Shown here: in pieces, positions 1-10,245 of the stretch | How positions within the stretch are numbered: position 1 is the first letter of the stretch | Layout of the letters: each line of letters starts with the position of its first letter | Assembly (NCBI GenBank): GCA_963778655.1 | Contig: CAVZVA010000002.1 | Span: forward strand, 480,001 to 544,000 | DNA from: an uncultured delta proteobacterium | GTDB taxonomy: Bacteria; Myxococcota_A; Polyangia; Polyangiales; JAFGIB01 | Direction of reading: 5' to 3' | Length of the DNA stretch: 64,000 nucleotides | Notes under the pieces: generated by a model | What the model was told of the DNA's origin: nothing | The model's database searches: none | Seen by the model: the letters and a program-made list of their open reading frames with translations, nothing else | Program-made: the position numbers and the translations under genes

Positions 1-455
1 ACCGCTCCGTCCAGGAGATTGAGATCCACGCCGGTGAAGGGGCTGCCATCGGGCTTGGGGTCCGAGTCGTCGCCGATGAAGAACAGGTTCATGGTGTCGG
101 TCGCCAGGCCCGAAGGCACGTACAGATACGCGCGCAGGTACAGCTCGCCCGAGCGCAGCGGCGCGAAGTCCTCGAACACCACCGCCACGCTGCTGGCGGC
201 AGCGCTCGAAGCGTGCAGCGCGCCGAGCCCGCGATGCGCGCGGGCGGTGGAGCGCTCGATCGCGCCTGCGCCTTCGATCGTCGTTCCGCTCCAGTCGGAC
301 AGGCCCGCCTGCTCGAAGCCGGTGCAACGAATCGCGCCGGCGTAGGTGCTCGCGCACTCGTCGAGCCCGCCATCGGGAAAACGGCCGATCACGTACGGAT
401 GGTCGGAGCAGCCCGCCGCGATCAGCGCGCACAGCACGACGGCGGCCCGCGCCAT
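1..455 (-). CDS. Lipoprotein with probable beta-sandwich (polysaccharide lyase/Cip1-like) domain; 3' end runs off the window
   Basis: Not in the ORF track. My translation from ATG at 455 is MARAAVVLCALIAAGC-SDHPY...CTGFEQ...ELYLRAYLYVP..., with a lipobox and no stop to base 1. Confidence 0.7.
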   Translation of the reverse strand, partial: MARAAVVLCALIAAGCSDHPYVIGRFPDGGLDECASTYAGAIRCTGFEQAGLSDWSGTTIEGAGAIERSTARAHRGLGALHASSAAASSVAVVFEDFAPLRSGELYLRAYLYVPSGLATDTMNLFFIGDDSDPKPDGSPFTGVDLNLLDGA

Positions 456-649
456 GCGCGCAAGGCTGCCACGGGCGCCGCGCGCGAGGCAAGCCGGTGC
501 GCGCCGGACGCGACTCGCGCTGTTTTACACAACGAAAAGCCTGCGCATTCTCCACTATCCACACGGACGACGTGCGCCGGCGCGACCGTGTTGCCGCGCA
601 TTGCGCGCCTCGCTGGATGACGACGCGCGGCAAAGAATCGAAGGTGAAG

Positions 650-1933
650 ATGGCCGGGTCAGTCGCAGCGCTGGCGGTGCAGGCGGGAGGCGCGCTGCGA
701 GCGGCGGCGCTGTCGTGCGCGCTCTTGGCCGCGTGCAGCAACGGCGGCGGCGGCGGCGTGGGGCCGATCTTCGGCGCAGGAGGCGCCGGCTACGGCACCG
801 GCGCTAGCGCAGCTCCGGCCAGCGGCAGCGGCAGCGGCAGCGGCAGCGGCAGCGGCAGCGGCGGGCTGGGCGGCGGCGGCACGATCGCGGGCACCGGCGG
901 CACCGGCTCGGCCTTGCCGGCAGGCATGGGCGGCGCGGGCGGAAGCGGCGCCCTGCCGGCCGGCGGCGCAGGTGGAAGCGGCGCGTTCGGAGCCGGCGGC
1001 ACGGGCGGCATGGCTGCAGACGCGGGCGGCAGCGCGGCCGCGGGCACCGGCGGCGCCGGCGGAAGCGCGGCCGCGGGTACCGGCGGCTCGGGCGGCGCTG
1101 CGTCCGGCGGCGACGCGATCCTGGTGCCCGCCCAGGGCGTGCTGCTCGGCCAGTATTACGGCGACGGCAGCATCGCAGCGACCGCGCAGAAGCTCGGCGC
1201 CAACGTGCCGATCCACCTCGTCTACTATGCGTGGGACGACGACTGGACGGCCGGCGCCACGCGCTCCGATCTCGGCGCCGGCCGCATTCCGTTGGTCAGC
1301 TGGGAGCCGGACGGCATCGACTTCAACGACATCGTCAGCGGCAGCCTCGACGCGACCATCAACGCGCGCGTTAGCGGCTCGAAGGCCCTGGGTGGGAAGC
1401 TCTTCCTCGATTTCGCTGCGGAGATGAACGGTGACGAGGCCTGGAGCGGTAACGACGCGCCGCTGTACGTGGCGGCCTACCGGCACATCCACGACCTGTT
1501 CGTGGCGGCGGGTGCGACCAACGTGATCTGGGCCTGGTGCCCCAACGTCACCGACGTCAACGGCGGCAACGCGATGACGATGGGCTACTACCCAGGCGAT
1601 GCGTATGTGGATTGGACCGGCGTCGACGGCTACAACTGGGGCACCACGAACGGTGGCTGGCAGAGCTTTCAGCAGGTGTTCGCCCGCATCTATCCGCTGC
1701 TTTCCGCAATCGGCAAGCCGATCCTGATCGGCGAGATGGCCTCGGCCGAGGTGGGCGGCGACAAGGGCGCGTGGATCGATGCCATCGTGCCCACGCTCAA
1801 GAGCGACTTCCCGATGATCCGCGGCCTGGTCTGGTTCGACGTCAACAAGGAGACCGACTGGCGCATCAGCTCCTCGCCGGGCTCGCAGGCCGCGTTCATC
1901 CGCATGATGAACGACCCGTACTGCAATCCGTGA
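650..1933 (+). CDS. Glycoside hydrolase family 26-like lipoprotein with Gly/Ser-rich linker
   Basis: Lipobox LLAAC; PLVSWEP, FAAEMNGD (acid/base), WAWCPN, YYPGDAYVDWTGVDGYN, KPILIGEM (nucleophile), LVWF. Confidence 0.85.
   Translation: MAGSVAALAVQAGGALRAAALSCALLAACSNGGGGGVGPIFGAGGAGYGTGASAAPASGSGSGSGSGSGSGGLGGGGTIAGTGGTGSALPAGMGGAGGSGALPAGGAGGSGAFGAGGTGGMAADAGGSAAAGTGGAGGSAAAGTGGSGGAASGGDAILVPAQGVLLGQYYGDGSIAATAQKLGANVPIHLVYYAWDDDWTAGATRSDLGAGRIPLVSWEPDGIDFNDIVSGSLDATINARVSGSKALGGKLFLDFAAEMNGDEAWSGNDAPLYVAAYRHIHDLFVAAGATNVIWAWCPNVTDVNGGNAMTMGYYPGDAYVDWTGVDGYNWGTTNGGWQSFQQVFARIYPLLSAIGKPILIGEMASAEVGGDKGAWIDAIVPTLKSDFPMIRGLVWFDVNKETDWRISSSPGSQAAFIRMMNDPYCNP
821..862 (+). repeat. (AGCGGC)7 in-frame tandem repeat encoding (Ser-Gly)7
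   Basis: Seven perfect hexamers read directly from the sequence. Confidence 0.9.
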
Positions 1934-2192
1934 GACGCGCTGCCCGCGCCCCCCCAACGCCACGAGACTTTCGTGGGCTATGTTGAACCGCGGCGGTGTG
2001 CCAGCTTGGGCAAGACCGTTTTCCTGAGCCGTTCGGGCGCGGGGCAGCGCCTACTGCTTGGGAGGCCCTGGCCTCGCACAGCGCGGCCTTGCGCTGGGCT
2101 GGATGCCCGGCGGGTGCGCGGCCCTCACGAGAGGCACCATGACGACACGATTCGCCCGATGGACTGATCGGCCCCCGCATGCGCGCCTGGTC

Positions 2193-3692
2193 ATGGCACC
2201 GCAGCGCCGGGCCGCGCTGGCGAGAGCTGCCGTGCTGGCGGGCCTGTGCGTCGGATCGGCGTGGCTCGCCGGCTGCTCGACCTCCGGCCAGGGCCCAGGC
2301 GGCGCGGGCGCCGGGCAGATCTCCTCCGGCACGGCGGCCGCCGGCACGGGTGGCGCCAACGCAGGCGCTGGGGGAACGCCGGGCGGGGCGGGAGCGGCGA
2401 GCGGCGGCGCCGCGGAGCCCGCGGGCGCGGCCGGCACGCTCGGCGGCGGGGCAACCGGAAGCGACGCGGGCGCGGCCGACGCGGGCGCAGCCGACGCGGG
2501 CGCGGCGGGATCAGGCGCGGCGGGCAGCGACGCCGGCTCGGCCTCGGGCGTCACGCTCAGCTGGGCCGAACCCGCTGACGGCACGAGCGTGAGCGGTACG
2601 GTTTCGCTGAAGCTGGTCGGGCAGGCGTTCAAGAACGTCGAGGTCTTCCGCGACGGCATGATGATCGTGCGCTGCACGGTCGCCGCGGACATGAAGAGCG
2701 CGAGCTGCGACCTCGATACCACCACGCTCGCCAACGGCGCGCTCACGCTCACCGCACACGGCTGGGACAGCGCCCCGGGCCAGCCATTCACCAGCGAAGC
2801 CGACGCGGGATCGCTTACGCTCACCGTGCAGAACGGCGGCGGGACCACGAATTCGGGCTCGGGTCCGCTGGTCGGGGTGTACTGCGGCAACTCCGTCTCC
2901 GATGTGCAGGCGTTCGAGAGCTGGCTGGGCCGACCCGTGGACGGCATCCTCGGCTACACCGGCAATGCGGACTGGAGCGATTACGACGGCTCGGTCGGCT
3001 GGGCAGTCGGGTTGTGGAGCGGCATCGACCGCCCCGTGTTCTGGTCTGTGCCGCTGATCCCGAGCGGCGCGAGCCTCGCGGAGGCCGCCAAGGGCAGCTA
3101 CAACGATCACTACCTCAAGGCGGCGATGACCCTGGCGAGCTTCCGCCCCCAGGACGGCAAGCTCAACATCCGCACCGGTTGGGAATTCAACGGCGACTGG
3201 TTTCCGTGGACGGCCCAGGGCGGCAAGGCCCAGGACTTCGTCGGTGCGTTCCGCCAGTTCGTCACGGTCTTCCGTTCGGTCTCCGACCGCTTCGTGTTCG
3301 AGTGGAACGTGAACATCGGCGACGACACCACGCTGCCGGAGGACGCCTACCCCGGCGACGACTACGTCGACGTGATCGGCATGGACTTCTACTGGAATAC
3401 GCAATGGGACCCCAAGGACCAGAACGACGCCTGGAGCTACATGGTCACGCGCAGCCACGGGCTGCAGTGGCATCAGGACTTCGCCGCCGCGCACGGCAAG
3501 CCCACCTCATACTCGGAATGGGGCATCAACTCCGACGGCCCGGCGTACATCGCGCAGGCCCAGGCCTGGTTCGATAGCCATCCCGTGCTGTTCCACAACT
3601 ACTGGAACTCCAATACCGCGTTCACGGGCAAGCTCTCCGACGGCCAGTACCCCAACGCCGGCGCGAAGTACAAAGAGGTGTTCGGGCCTTAG
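2193..3692 (+). CDS. GH26-like lipoprotein with Ig-like domain
   Basis: Lipobox WLAGC; Gly-rich linker; Ig-like segment (PADGTSVSGTV...DTTTLANG); RTGWEFNGDW, YPGDDYVDVIGMDFY, KPTSYSEWG. Start could be 2139. Confidence 0.8.
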   Translation: MAPQRRAALARAAVLAGLCVGSAWLAGCSTSGQGPGGAGAGQISSGTAAAGTGGANAGAGGTPGGAGAASGGAAEPAGAAGTLGGGATGSDAGAADAGAADAGAAGSGAAGSDAGSASGVTLSWAEPADGTSVSGTVSLKLVGQAFKNVEVFRDGMMIVRCTVAADMKSASCDLDTTTLANGALTLTAHGWDSAPGQPFTSEADAGSLTLTVQNGGGTTNSGSGPLVGVYCGNSVSDVQAFESWLGRPVDGILGYTGNADWSDYDGSVGWAVGLWSGIDRPVFWSVPLIPSGASLAEAAKGSYNDHYLKAAMTLASFRPQDGKLNIRTGWEFNGDWFPWTAQGGKAQDFVGAFRQFVTVFRSVSDRFVFEWNVNIGDDTTLPEDAYPGDDYVDVIGMDFYWNTQWDPKDQNDAWSYMVTRSHGLQWHQDFAAAHGKPTSYSEWGINSDGPAYIAQAQAWFDSHPVLFHNYWNSNTAFTGKLSDGQYPNAGAKYKEVFGP

Positions 3693-3697
3693 GGTCC

Positions 3698-5578
3698 TCA
3701 GACGGCCGCCGGCGTGGTCCGCGGTGTCCCGCTTGCGGCCGGCGCCGGGCCCGACTCGCTCGGCGCGACCGGGGCCTGCGGGCCGCGTGGCGGCGCCGGC
3801 GCGAGCTGCACCACGCGCTCGGCCACCTCGCCCAGCGTCACCGTGCCGGAGCGCAGGAACACGGCGATCTCCGCCGCGTCCCAGCTCTCGGCGCCCCAGG
3901 CCGCAAGCGTGTCGTCGAGGGCCTTGCCGGCGCGCGCCTGAGCCTCGAGCTCGCGTAGCCGCTCGGGCTTGCGCAATGCCGCCTGCGCGGCGAGCGGCCA
4001 GCACTCCTTGAGCGCGGCCCAGCGGCCGAAGTGGCGCGGCCGCAGCGGCGGCCACTGATCCACGACGCCGCGCGCGTGGGCGGCGGCGGCCAGCACGCGC
4101 ACGCTGTTGAGGAAGCGCTTGAGGCTGCGAGGGTACGGCGCCAGATGATCCGCCACTTCGGCGTGCGCTTGCTGCAACAGATCTGCGTCATTCATCAGGC
4201 GCAGCAGCTGGCGCTCGCGGGCAATCGCCCGCCCCTGATCGGGCGGCAGGCCTGATTCGAGCGCGAGCACGCGCTCCACCTGCTCCAGGTCGGTGCCCTC
4301 CGCGAGCATGCGGTCGGCCTGCCCGCGCGCGCGCGCCAGGGCCAGACGCCGCCGCCTGGTACCCAGCAGCGGGACCCGCTGCAGGGCCCGCGCAAGCCGC
4401 GCGCGCAGGAGAGGCTTTGGCTGTTCCGCCTCGGCGGCTGCGGCCGGCGCACCCGCCAGGCGCGCGAGCAACGCCTCGATCTGCGGCAGCGTGTTGGGCG
4501 GCAAGTCGAACTGCAGCTGGACGATCTTGCGCACGTAGAGCCGGCCGTAGCCACCGGGCTGGCCCAGACCCTCGCTGGCGTCCCCCGAGACGTGCAGCTC
4601 GGCGAGCTCGCGGTACTTGATGTCGGCGCACGCGGCGACCGCCGGCATGTCGCCCATAATCACCACCACCACGCCGGGGTGATCGAGCAGCTGGGCCACC
4701 ACCTCGAGCAGCTCGATCGCGCGCGGCGGATGGCAACGCTCGAGGTCGTCGACGAACACCACGAAGCGGCGCGCGCCGCGACGCGCCTGCTGGATCAGCT
4801 GGCCGAGCTGCGCCCGCACCTGCGCGATCGAGCCGAAGCTGGCTGCGGCCTCTGGATCCTCGAGAAACGACGCCACCGACTCGGCGGCCGCGATCAGCTT
4901 GGGAACGCGTCCTACCACCACAGTCAGCAGCACGCTCAGGCCGCCCACTCCGAGCGCATCGCGGCCTGCGTTGGTCGCCACGCCCGACGCCTCGAACACG
5001 GTGCCGCTCAGCATCGCAGCCAGCACCTGCACCTCGTTCCAGCGCGCGACGGCCCACTGCCATCCGAGCATCAATCCTATGAAGAGCAGGCTGAACACAA
5101 CCAGCAGCGACAGCCAGAAGAACCAGCGCTCCGCGCGCGACCACAGCGCGCGCGGCAGCGGGCGCAGAATCCGCCGCAGCGGGTGGCGCGCGCGGTTGGC
5201 GACGCGCGCTACCTCTGCAGCAAACGCGCTCGAGAGGCTGGTGGCGTCGTCGTGCATCCAGGCGTTGAACCAGCACACCACGTGCGGGCGGATGTCGTCG
5301 GCCGCGGGCTTCTTGAGCAGCCGGCGCCGTAGCATGTGCGCGAGCGTGCTCTTGCCCGCGCCCCACGGGGCGTTGATCGCGAGCGTCAGCGGCGTGCCGG
5401 TGTCCGGGTTGTCGAGCAGGCCCGCCAGCGCGTCGGCATAAGGCGCGAAGGCCAGACCGTCGCCGGCCGCGCTGGACAGCGGCGCGTCGGAGAACGCCCG
5501 CAGCGCAGCGCGGGCGGACCCGTGGCCCGGCGTCCCCGCCCCCGCCGGGGTGTGCTGCGGCTCTCGGCCCTGGCTCAC
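3698..5578 (-). CDS. KAP family P-loop NTPase with inserted transmembrane segments
   Basis: Walker A APWGAGKS, FNAW, two hydrophobic segments, Walker B VVFVDDLERC, YVRKIVQLQFDLP, PRSLKRFLN. Confidence 0.85.
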   Translation of the reverse strand: MSQGREPQHTPAGAGTPGHGSARAALRAFSDAPLSSAAGDGLAFAPYADALAGLLDNPDTGTPLTLAINAPWGAGKSTLAHMLRRRLLKKPAADDIRPHVVCWFNAWMHDDATSLSSAFAAEVARVANRARHPLRRILRPLPRALWSRAERWFFWLSLLVVFSLLFIGLMLGWQWAVARWNEVQVLAAMLSGTVFEASGVATNAGRDALGVGGLSVLLTVVVGRVPKLIAAAESVASFLEDPEAAASFGSIAQVRAQLGQLIQQARRGARRFVVFVDDLERCHPPRAIELLEVVAQLLDHPGVVVVIMGDMPAVAACADIKYRELAELHVSGDASEGLGQPGGYGRLYVRKIVQLQFDLPPNTLPQIEALLARLAGAPAAAAEAEQPKPLLRARLARALQRVPLLGTRRRRLALARARGQADRMLAEGTDLEQVERVLALESGLPPDQGRAIARERQLLRLMNDADLLQQAHAEVADHLAPYPRSLKRFLNSVRVLAAAAHARGVVDQWPPLRPRHFGRWAALKECWPLAAQAALRKPERLRELEAQARAGKALDDTLAAWGAESWDAAEIAVFLRSGTVTLGEVAERVVQLAPAPPRGPQAPVAPSESGPAPAASGTPRTTPAAV

Positions 5579-5645
5579 TGCGGCAGGATATCAGAAGCCC
5601 GGCCCGGGGTTGCGTGAAGTCGGTCACTGCGCCTACCGTCCGGGC

Positions 5646-6638
5646 ATGCGCAAGCTCAGCATCGCCGTCGCCTGGACCGGGGACAACCTCGAGGACGTGA
5701 TCCGCGAGGCCAAGCTCGCCGACGAGCTCGGCGTGGACACGCTGCTGGTGGCCGAGACCTGGGGTTACGACGCGTTCACTTTGCTGGCGGTGCTCGCGCG
5801 CGAGACGCGCCGGATCAAGCTCGGCACCTCGATCGTCAACATCTACTCGCGCAGCCCCGGCGCGCTCGCCCAACATTTCGCCTCGCTCGACCGGCTCTCG
5901 GGCGGGCGCATGCTGATCGGGCTCGGCACCTCGGGCCCGAACGTGATCGAGCACTTTCACGGCGTGCCGTTCGACAAGCCGTTCACGCGCATGCGCGAGT
6001 ACGTCGAGATCATCGACATGCTCATGCGCGAGCAGAAGCTGGTCTACGACGGCCGGGTCTACAAGCTCGCGCGCGGCTTCACGCTGCGCATGAAGCCGCT
6101 GCGGCCGCACATTCCGATCTGGATCGCCTCGATCACGCCCAAATCGGTCAAGCAGACGGCCGCGATCGCGGATGGCTGGCTGCCGATCTTCCTGCCCAAG
6201 TCGCGCTGGAAGCAGCAGCTCGACGCGTTCCGGCAGGACGTGCTCGACGCGGGGCGCAAGCCGGAGCAGGTGCTGGTGCGCTGCCCCTACAACGTCGCGG
6301 TCACCGACCGGCCCGAGCGCGCGGCCGCGGCGCGGCGGGGCGGGGCGACGTTCTACATCGCTCGCATGGGCGACTTCTACTACCAGCACTTCGTGCGCAT
6401 GGGTTACCAGGCGGAGGCCGACGCGGTGCGCGCGGCGTGGGCCAAGGGCGGCTCGGCCGCCGGAACCGCGGCGCTGCCTGACGCACTGGTCGACGAGCTG
6501 GGCATGGCGGGCGGGGTGGAGGCGTGCTGCGACGCGCTCGACGAGGCGGCAGAAGCCGGCTTCTCGCTGTTGTCGGTGAGCGTGGCGGAGCGCGATCCCG
6601 ACAAGCGCGCGGCGATATACCGCCGGCTGGTGGGCTGA
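5646..6638 (+). CDS. LLM-class (luciferase-like) flavin/F420-dependent oxidoreductase
   Basis: AETWGYDAF, TRRIKLGTSIVNIYSRSP, LDRLSGGRMLIGLGTSGP, IADGWLP. Confidence 0.9.
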   Translation: MRKLSIAVAWTGDNLEDVIREAKLADELGVDTLLVAETWGYDAFTLLAVLARETRRIKLGTSIVNIYSRSPGALAQHFASLDRLSGGRMLIGLGTSGPNVIEHFHGVPFDKPFTRMREYVEIIDMLMREQKLVYDGRVYKLARGFTLRMKPLRPHIPIWIASITPKSVKQTAAIADGWLPIFLPKSRWKQQLDAFRQDVLDAGRKPEQVLVRCPYNVAVTDRPERAAAARRGGATFYIARMGDFYYQHFVRMGYQAEADAVRAAWAKGGSAAGTAALPDALVDELGMAGGVEACCDALDEAAEAGFSLLSVSVAERDPDKRAAIYRRLVG

Positions 6639-6742
6639 CGGATCAGGCAGGTAGTTGGGGGCGGGGGCGCCGCGCGGGCGACCACGGCCGCGACTGTGGG
6701 GCGCGTTGTGCTGGTGGGCCCGGTCGCTTTATGCTGGGTGCG

Positions 6743-7963
6743 ATGGGGCTCGATCGCGTGATCTCGTCGGTCGCGTGCGCAGGGCTGCTCGCGGTTGCGT
6801 GTAGCAGCGGCGGGCATGGCGGAGGCGCCGGGGATGCGGGCGCGGCAGAGAGCTCGAATCGGGGCGGAGGTGCGACCGCGGGCGGGGGACGAGGCGGCTC
6901 CGATGCCGCGGCGCCGGACGGCAAGGCCAGCGACGCGGGCGGCGGCGCGCGCGACGGCGGGGGTGCGCGCGACGCCAGCGCGCCGGGTGACGGCGGAGGC
7001 GGGACCCGCGGCGACGCGGGCGGCGGCGCCGGGGATGCCGGCACCGGCGACGCCAGCGGCGGCACGCTCGCCGGCAAACATCCGGGCGATATGGGGCTCG
7101 GCGGCGACCCGGCGGTGGTGTGGTTCGAGGACTTCGAAGAAGGCTCGCTGTCCGCGATCGCCGCGCGCTACGATCAGGTGCGCGACCAAGGCCGCTGGCA
7201 GCTGGTGAGCGACACGCCGAGCGGCGGCGGCTCGGCGCTGGCGCTGCGCGCCGGTCGGGGCCAGGACGCGGTCGACCTCTACAAGCAGCTTCCCGACGCG
7301 GACGAGTGGTACGTGCGCTGGTACGCCAAGTACGAGGCCGGCGTGCCCTGGCACCACTCCGGCATGTGGTTCGGCGGCTACAACCCGGCGATGCCGTGGC
7401 CAAGCCCGATGGCGGGCAACCGCCCCAACGGCGACGATCGGTTCTCGATCGCGCTCGAGCCCGTGTACGGCGTGGGCGGCGCGAACCCACGCTTCGACTT
7501 CTACGACTACTGGATGTCCATGCACTCGTGGATGGCCGACCCGATTATGGACGACGGCACCGCGTACTACGGCAACGGCCTGGTCCACCGCAACGACTTC
7601 ACCGTCGACTCGGGCAGCTGGGTCTGCCTCGAGGTCCACGCGCGCCTGAACGCGGGCGGCTCGAGCGCCGCGGGCGCGCTGCTCGAGGTGTGGAAGAACG
7701 ACGCGTTGATGCAGAGCTTCGGCGACGCCGGCCCCATGGGTTACTGGATCCGCGACAAGTTCTGCCCCCAGGGCGCGGACGGCTCGGAGTGCACCGACTA
7801 TCCGGCGCCGGCCACCGAGATCCTGGACCTGCAGCAGCGCAGCACCACCGATCTGCGCCTCAACGCCTTCTGGCCGCAGAACTACATCACCGACGACGCC
7901 ATGGGCACGCTCGCGTTCGACCAGATGGTGGTGGCGACCGCGCGCGTGGGCTGCATGCGCTGA
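6743..7963 (+). CDS. Lipoprotein with Gly/Asp-rich linker and putative polysaccharide-lyase-like beta-sandwich domain
   Basis: Lipobox LAVAC; VWFEDFE, YVRWYAKY, WVCLEVHARLN, EVWKND, FDQMVVATARVG. TATGCT box 7 nt before ATG 6743. Confidence 0.65.
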   Translation: MGLDRVISSVACAGLLAVACSSGGHGGGAGDAGAAESSNRGGGATAGGGRGGSDAAAPDGKASDAGGGARDGGGARDASAPGDGGGGTRGDAGGGAGDAGTGDASGGTLAGKHPGDMGLGGDPAVVWFEDFEEGSLSAIAARYDQVRDQGRWQLVSDTPSGGGSALALRAGRGQDAVDLYKQLPDADEWYVRWYAKYEAGVPWHHSGMWFGGYNPAMPWPSPMAGNRPNGDDRFSIALEPVYGVGGANPRFDFYDYWMSMHSWMADPIMDDGTAYYGNGLVHRNDFTVDSGSWVCLEVHARLNAGGSSAAGALLEVWKNDALMQSFGDAGPMGYWIRDKFCPQGADGSECTDYPAPATEILDLQQRSTTDLRLNAFWPQNYITDDAMGTLAFDQMVVATARVGCMR

Positions 7964-8054
7964 TCACAGCTGTGCACCGCCGCGCGGCGGCCGGGTTCAC
8001 GTTTGTGGTGGCTCTTGCCACGCACGCTCGCCGCCGCGTACAGTGGGCAGGCTC

Positions 8055-8471
8055 ATGTCCAGCCACCTCCATCCCGAACGAGCCGCCCTCGAAGCCCTGG
8101 TCAAGCTTCCCGACGGCGAGCCCGTGGTGATGCTCAACCTGCTGCGCTTCCGCGATCGGGCAGCTTACCCCGAAGGCAGCGGCCACGTGCCCTGCAGCGG
8201 ACGCGAGGCCTACGCGCGCTACGGCGCCAAGGCCCTCGACCATGTGCACGCGGTCGGAGGCCAGGCGATCTGGATGGGCGAGCCCCAGCTCACCGTGATC
8301 GGCCCGAGCGACGAAGCCTGGGACGAGGTGGTGCTGGTCCAGTACCCCTCGCGCAAGGCCTTTCTGCAGATGGCCTCGAACCCGGACTACCTCGCCTGCA
8401 CCGTGCACCGCACCGCCGCGCTCGCCGACTCCCGCCTGATCGCCATGCGCGCCACGCAGCGCCAGCGCTGA
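8055..8471 (+). CDS. DUF1330 family protein
   Basis: PVVMLNLLRFR, SGREAYARYG, WDEVVLVQYPSRKAF, HRTAALADSRLI. Confidence 0.8.
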   Translation: MSSHLHPERAALEALVKLPDGEPVVMLNLLRFRDRAAYPEGSGHVPCSGREAYARYGAKALDHVHAVGGQAIWMGEPQLTVIGPSDEAWDEVVLVQYPSRKAFLQMASNPDYLACTVHRTAALADSRLIAMRATQRQR

Positions 8472-8475
8472 GGGC

Positions 8476-9246
8476 TCAGACCGTGGTGGCGATGCCGCCG
8501 TCGACCGGGATGCATGCGCCGGTCACGTAGGCGCCGGCACGCGAGGCGAGGTACAGCGCCACGCCCGCCATGTCCTCGGGCTCGCCGATGCGGCCGCGCG
8601 GGCAGGACTGGCGGATGACGTCGCCGAAGCTGCGCAGGGTCTCGGCCATCATCTTGCTCTCGAAGGGCCCCGGCGCCACGGCGTTGACGGTGATGTGCTG
8701 CGGCGCGAGCTGGCGCGCGAGCACGCGCGTCAGGTGGATCAAACCCGCTTTGCTCGAGGAGTAGGCGTAGGTCTCGAGCCCCGGCACGTGCAGTCCGTCG
8801 ATCGACGCGATGTTGATCACGCGCGCCGGGTCGGCGTGCGTGCCCGCGGCCGCGAGCAGCGGCAGCAGCGTGCGCGTGAGGAAGAACGGTGCCTTCAGGT
8901 TGACGCTCTGCACCTTGTCCCAGCCCGCTTCCGGGTAGACCGCGAGCGGCTCGGCCCAGTTCGCGCCCGCGTTGTTGACCAGGATGTCCAGCTTGGGCTC
9001 GCGCTCCCGCAACGCGGCTGCCAGCGTCTCGATGCCCTTTAGGCTGGAGACGTCTGCGGGCAGCGACACGCAGCTGCCGAGCTTGGAGAGCTCGGCCGCG
9101 GCCCGGTCGCAGTCCTCGGCCTTGCGCGCCGAGATGTAGGTCTTGCAGCCGTTCTCGACGTATCCACGCGCGATCATCATGCCGATTCCGCGGCTGCCGC
9201 CGGTGACCAACGCGACCTTGCCCTCGACCGAAAACAGGTTCTTCAT
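8476..9246 (-). CDS. SDR family oxidoreductase (RhlG-like)
   Basis: TGGSRGIG, NNAG, YSSSK, IPVDGG. Confidence 0.9.
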   Translation of the reverse strand: MKNLFSVEGKVALVTGGSRGIGMMIARGYVENGCKTYISARKAEDCDRAAAELSKLGSCVSLPADVSSLKGIETLAAALREREPKLDILVNNAGANWAEPLAVYPEAGWDKVQSVNLKAPFFLTRTLLPLLAAAGTHADPARVINIASIDGLHVPGLETYAYSSSKAGLIHLTRVLARQLAPQHITVNAVAPGPFESKMMAETLRSFGDVIRQSCPRGRIGEPEDMAGVALYLASRAGAYVTGACIPVDGGIATTV

Positions 9247-9303
9247 TTCGCTCCGCTTGCTGTAAGAGATTTTCGCATCACGTGTCGTTTCTGGAACGGC
9301 AGC

Positions 9304-10149
9304 TCAAGTCGTGTGCGCGCCCATCAGGCGGTCGGCAAATGAAACCGCGCCCGAGCTGGCGCGCGCGTGCTTCTTGACCTCGGCGCCCACGCGCCGCATC
9401 CACGCCTGCTCGTCCTCGCTGAGCGGACCGCGGTCGAGCGCCAAAAGCGCCTCGTCGAGCTCGGCGCGATCCTTGGGGCCCGCGATGCACACCTGCACGC
9501 TTGGGTTGCTGAGCGCGAAGCGATAGCAGTCCGAAGCGCGCGGCGTCGGCTCGCCCGGCGGGGTGAGCGACGGGTCGATCAGGTCGCCCCAACGCGTGGC
9601 GGTATAGGCCACCACGCCCGGGGGTTGGTCGCCCAGACGCGGAAACACCTCCTGCTCGGCGCCGGGATGAGCCGCGTTGTAGCGCACCATGATCGCGCTC
9701 AGGTCCTCGTCCTTGGCGTAGTGCTCGAACGCCAGCCGGTTGTGGCACGAGATCATGATGTGGCGACAGCGGCCCTGCTCGCGCAGGCGGCGCGCCGCGT
9801 CCATAATCCGCTCGGGCGGGTGCTCGTTCCACCAGCCGAGCAACAGGAAGTCCGCGTAGTCGATCTCGAGCGCGCGCAGCGCGGAGCTCAGCGATGCGCC
9901 CATCAGCGCGGCCATACGCGTGTAGCTCTGCACCACGATCACCATCTGATCGCGGTGCTGGCGCGCGAGCCCGCGCACCCCCTGGCCGAAGTCGCGCTTG
10001 CGCATCGAGCCCCAATAGAAGTAGTTGATGCCGCGCTCGAACGCGTGCTCCAGATCCGCGCCGCCGACGCCGAAGCTCGAGCCGAGCCCGAGCGGGCTCG
10101 AGCGCAGCTGGGTGCGGAGGATGGGAACCTTGTTCCAGTCGCAAGCCAT
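9304..10149 (-). CDS. Aldo/keto reductase family protein
   Basis: SPLGLG, AFERGINYFYW, LEIDYADFLLL, MVRYNAAH, CYRFALSNP. Start trimmed from the track ORF. Confidence 0.75.
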   Translation of the reverse strand: MACDWNKVPILRTQLRSSPLGLGSSFGVGGADLEHAFERGINYFYWGSMRKRDFGQGVRGLARQHRDQMVIVVQSYTRMAALMGASLSSALRALEIDYADFLLLGWWNEHPPERIMDAARRLREQGRCRHIMISCHNRLAFEHYAKDEDLSAIMVRYNAAHPGAEQEVFPRLGDQPPGVVAYTATRWGDLIDPSLTPPGEPTPRASDCYRFALSNPSVQVCIAGPKDRAELDEALLALDRGPLSEDEQAWMRRVGAEVKKHARASSGAVSFADRLMGAHTT

Positions 10150-10245
10150 GCGGCCGCCAGAGCATAGTCCAAAGGCCCGCGGAGTCACGCCTGGGCCACC
10201 CGCTGCGTGCTGGCGCGCCCACCAGCGTTCGGCTAGCTTGTGGCC

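Noticed and set aside
10150..10245. FMN riboswitch upstream of riboflavin synthase
   Set aside because: The spacer is only 96 bp, is shared with a divergent gene, lacks RFN consensus blocks, and the gene looks leaderless.
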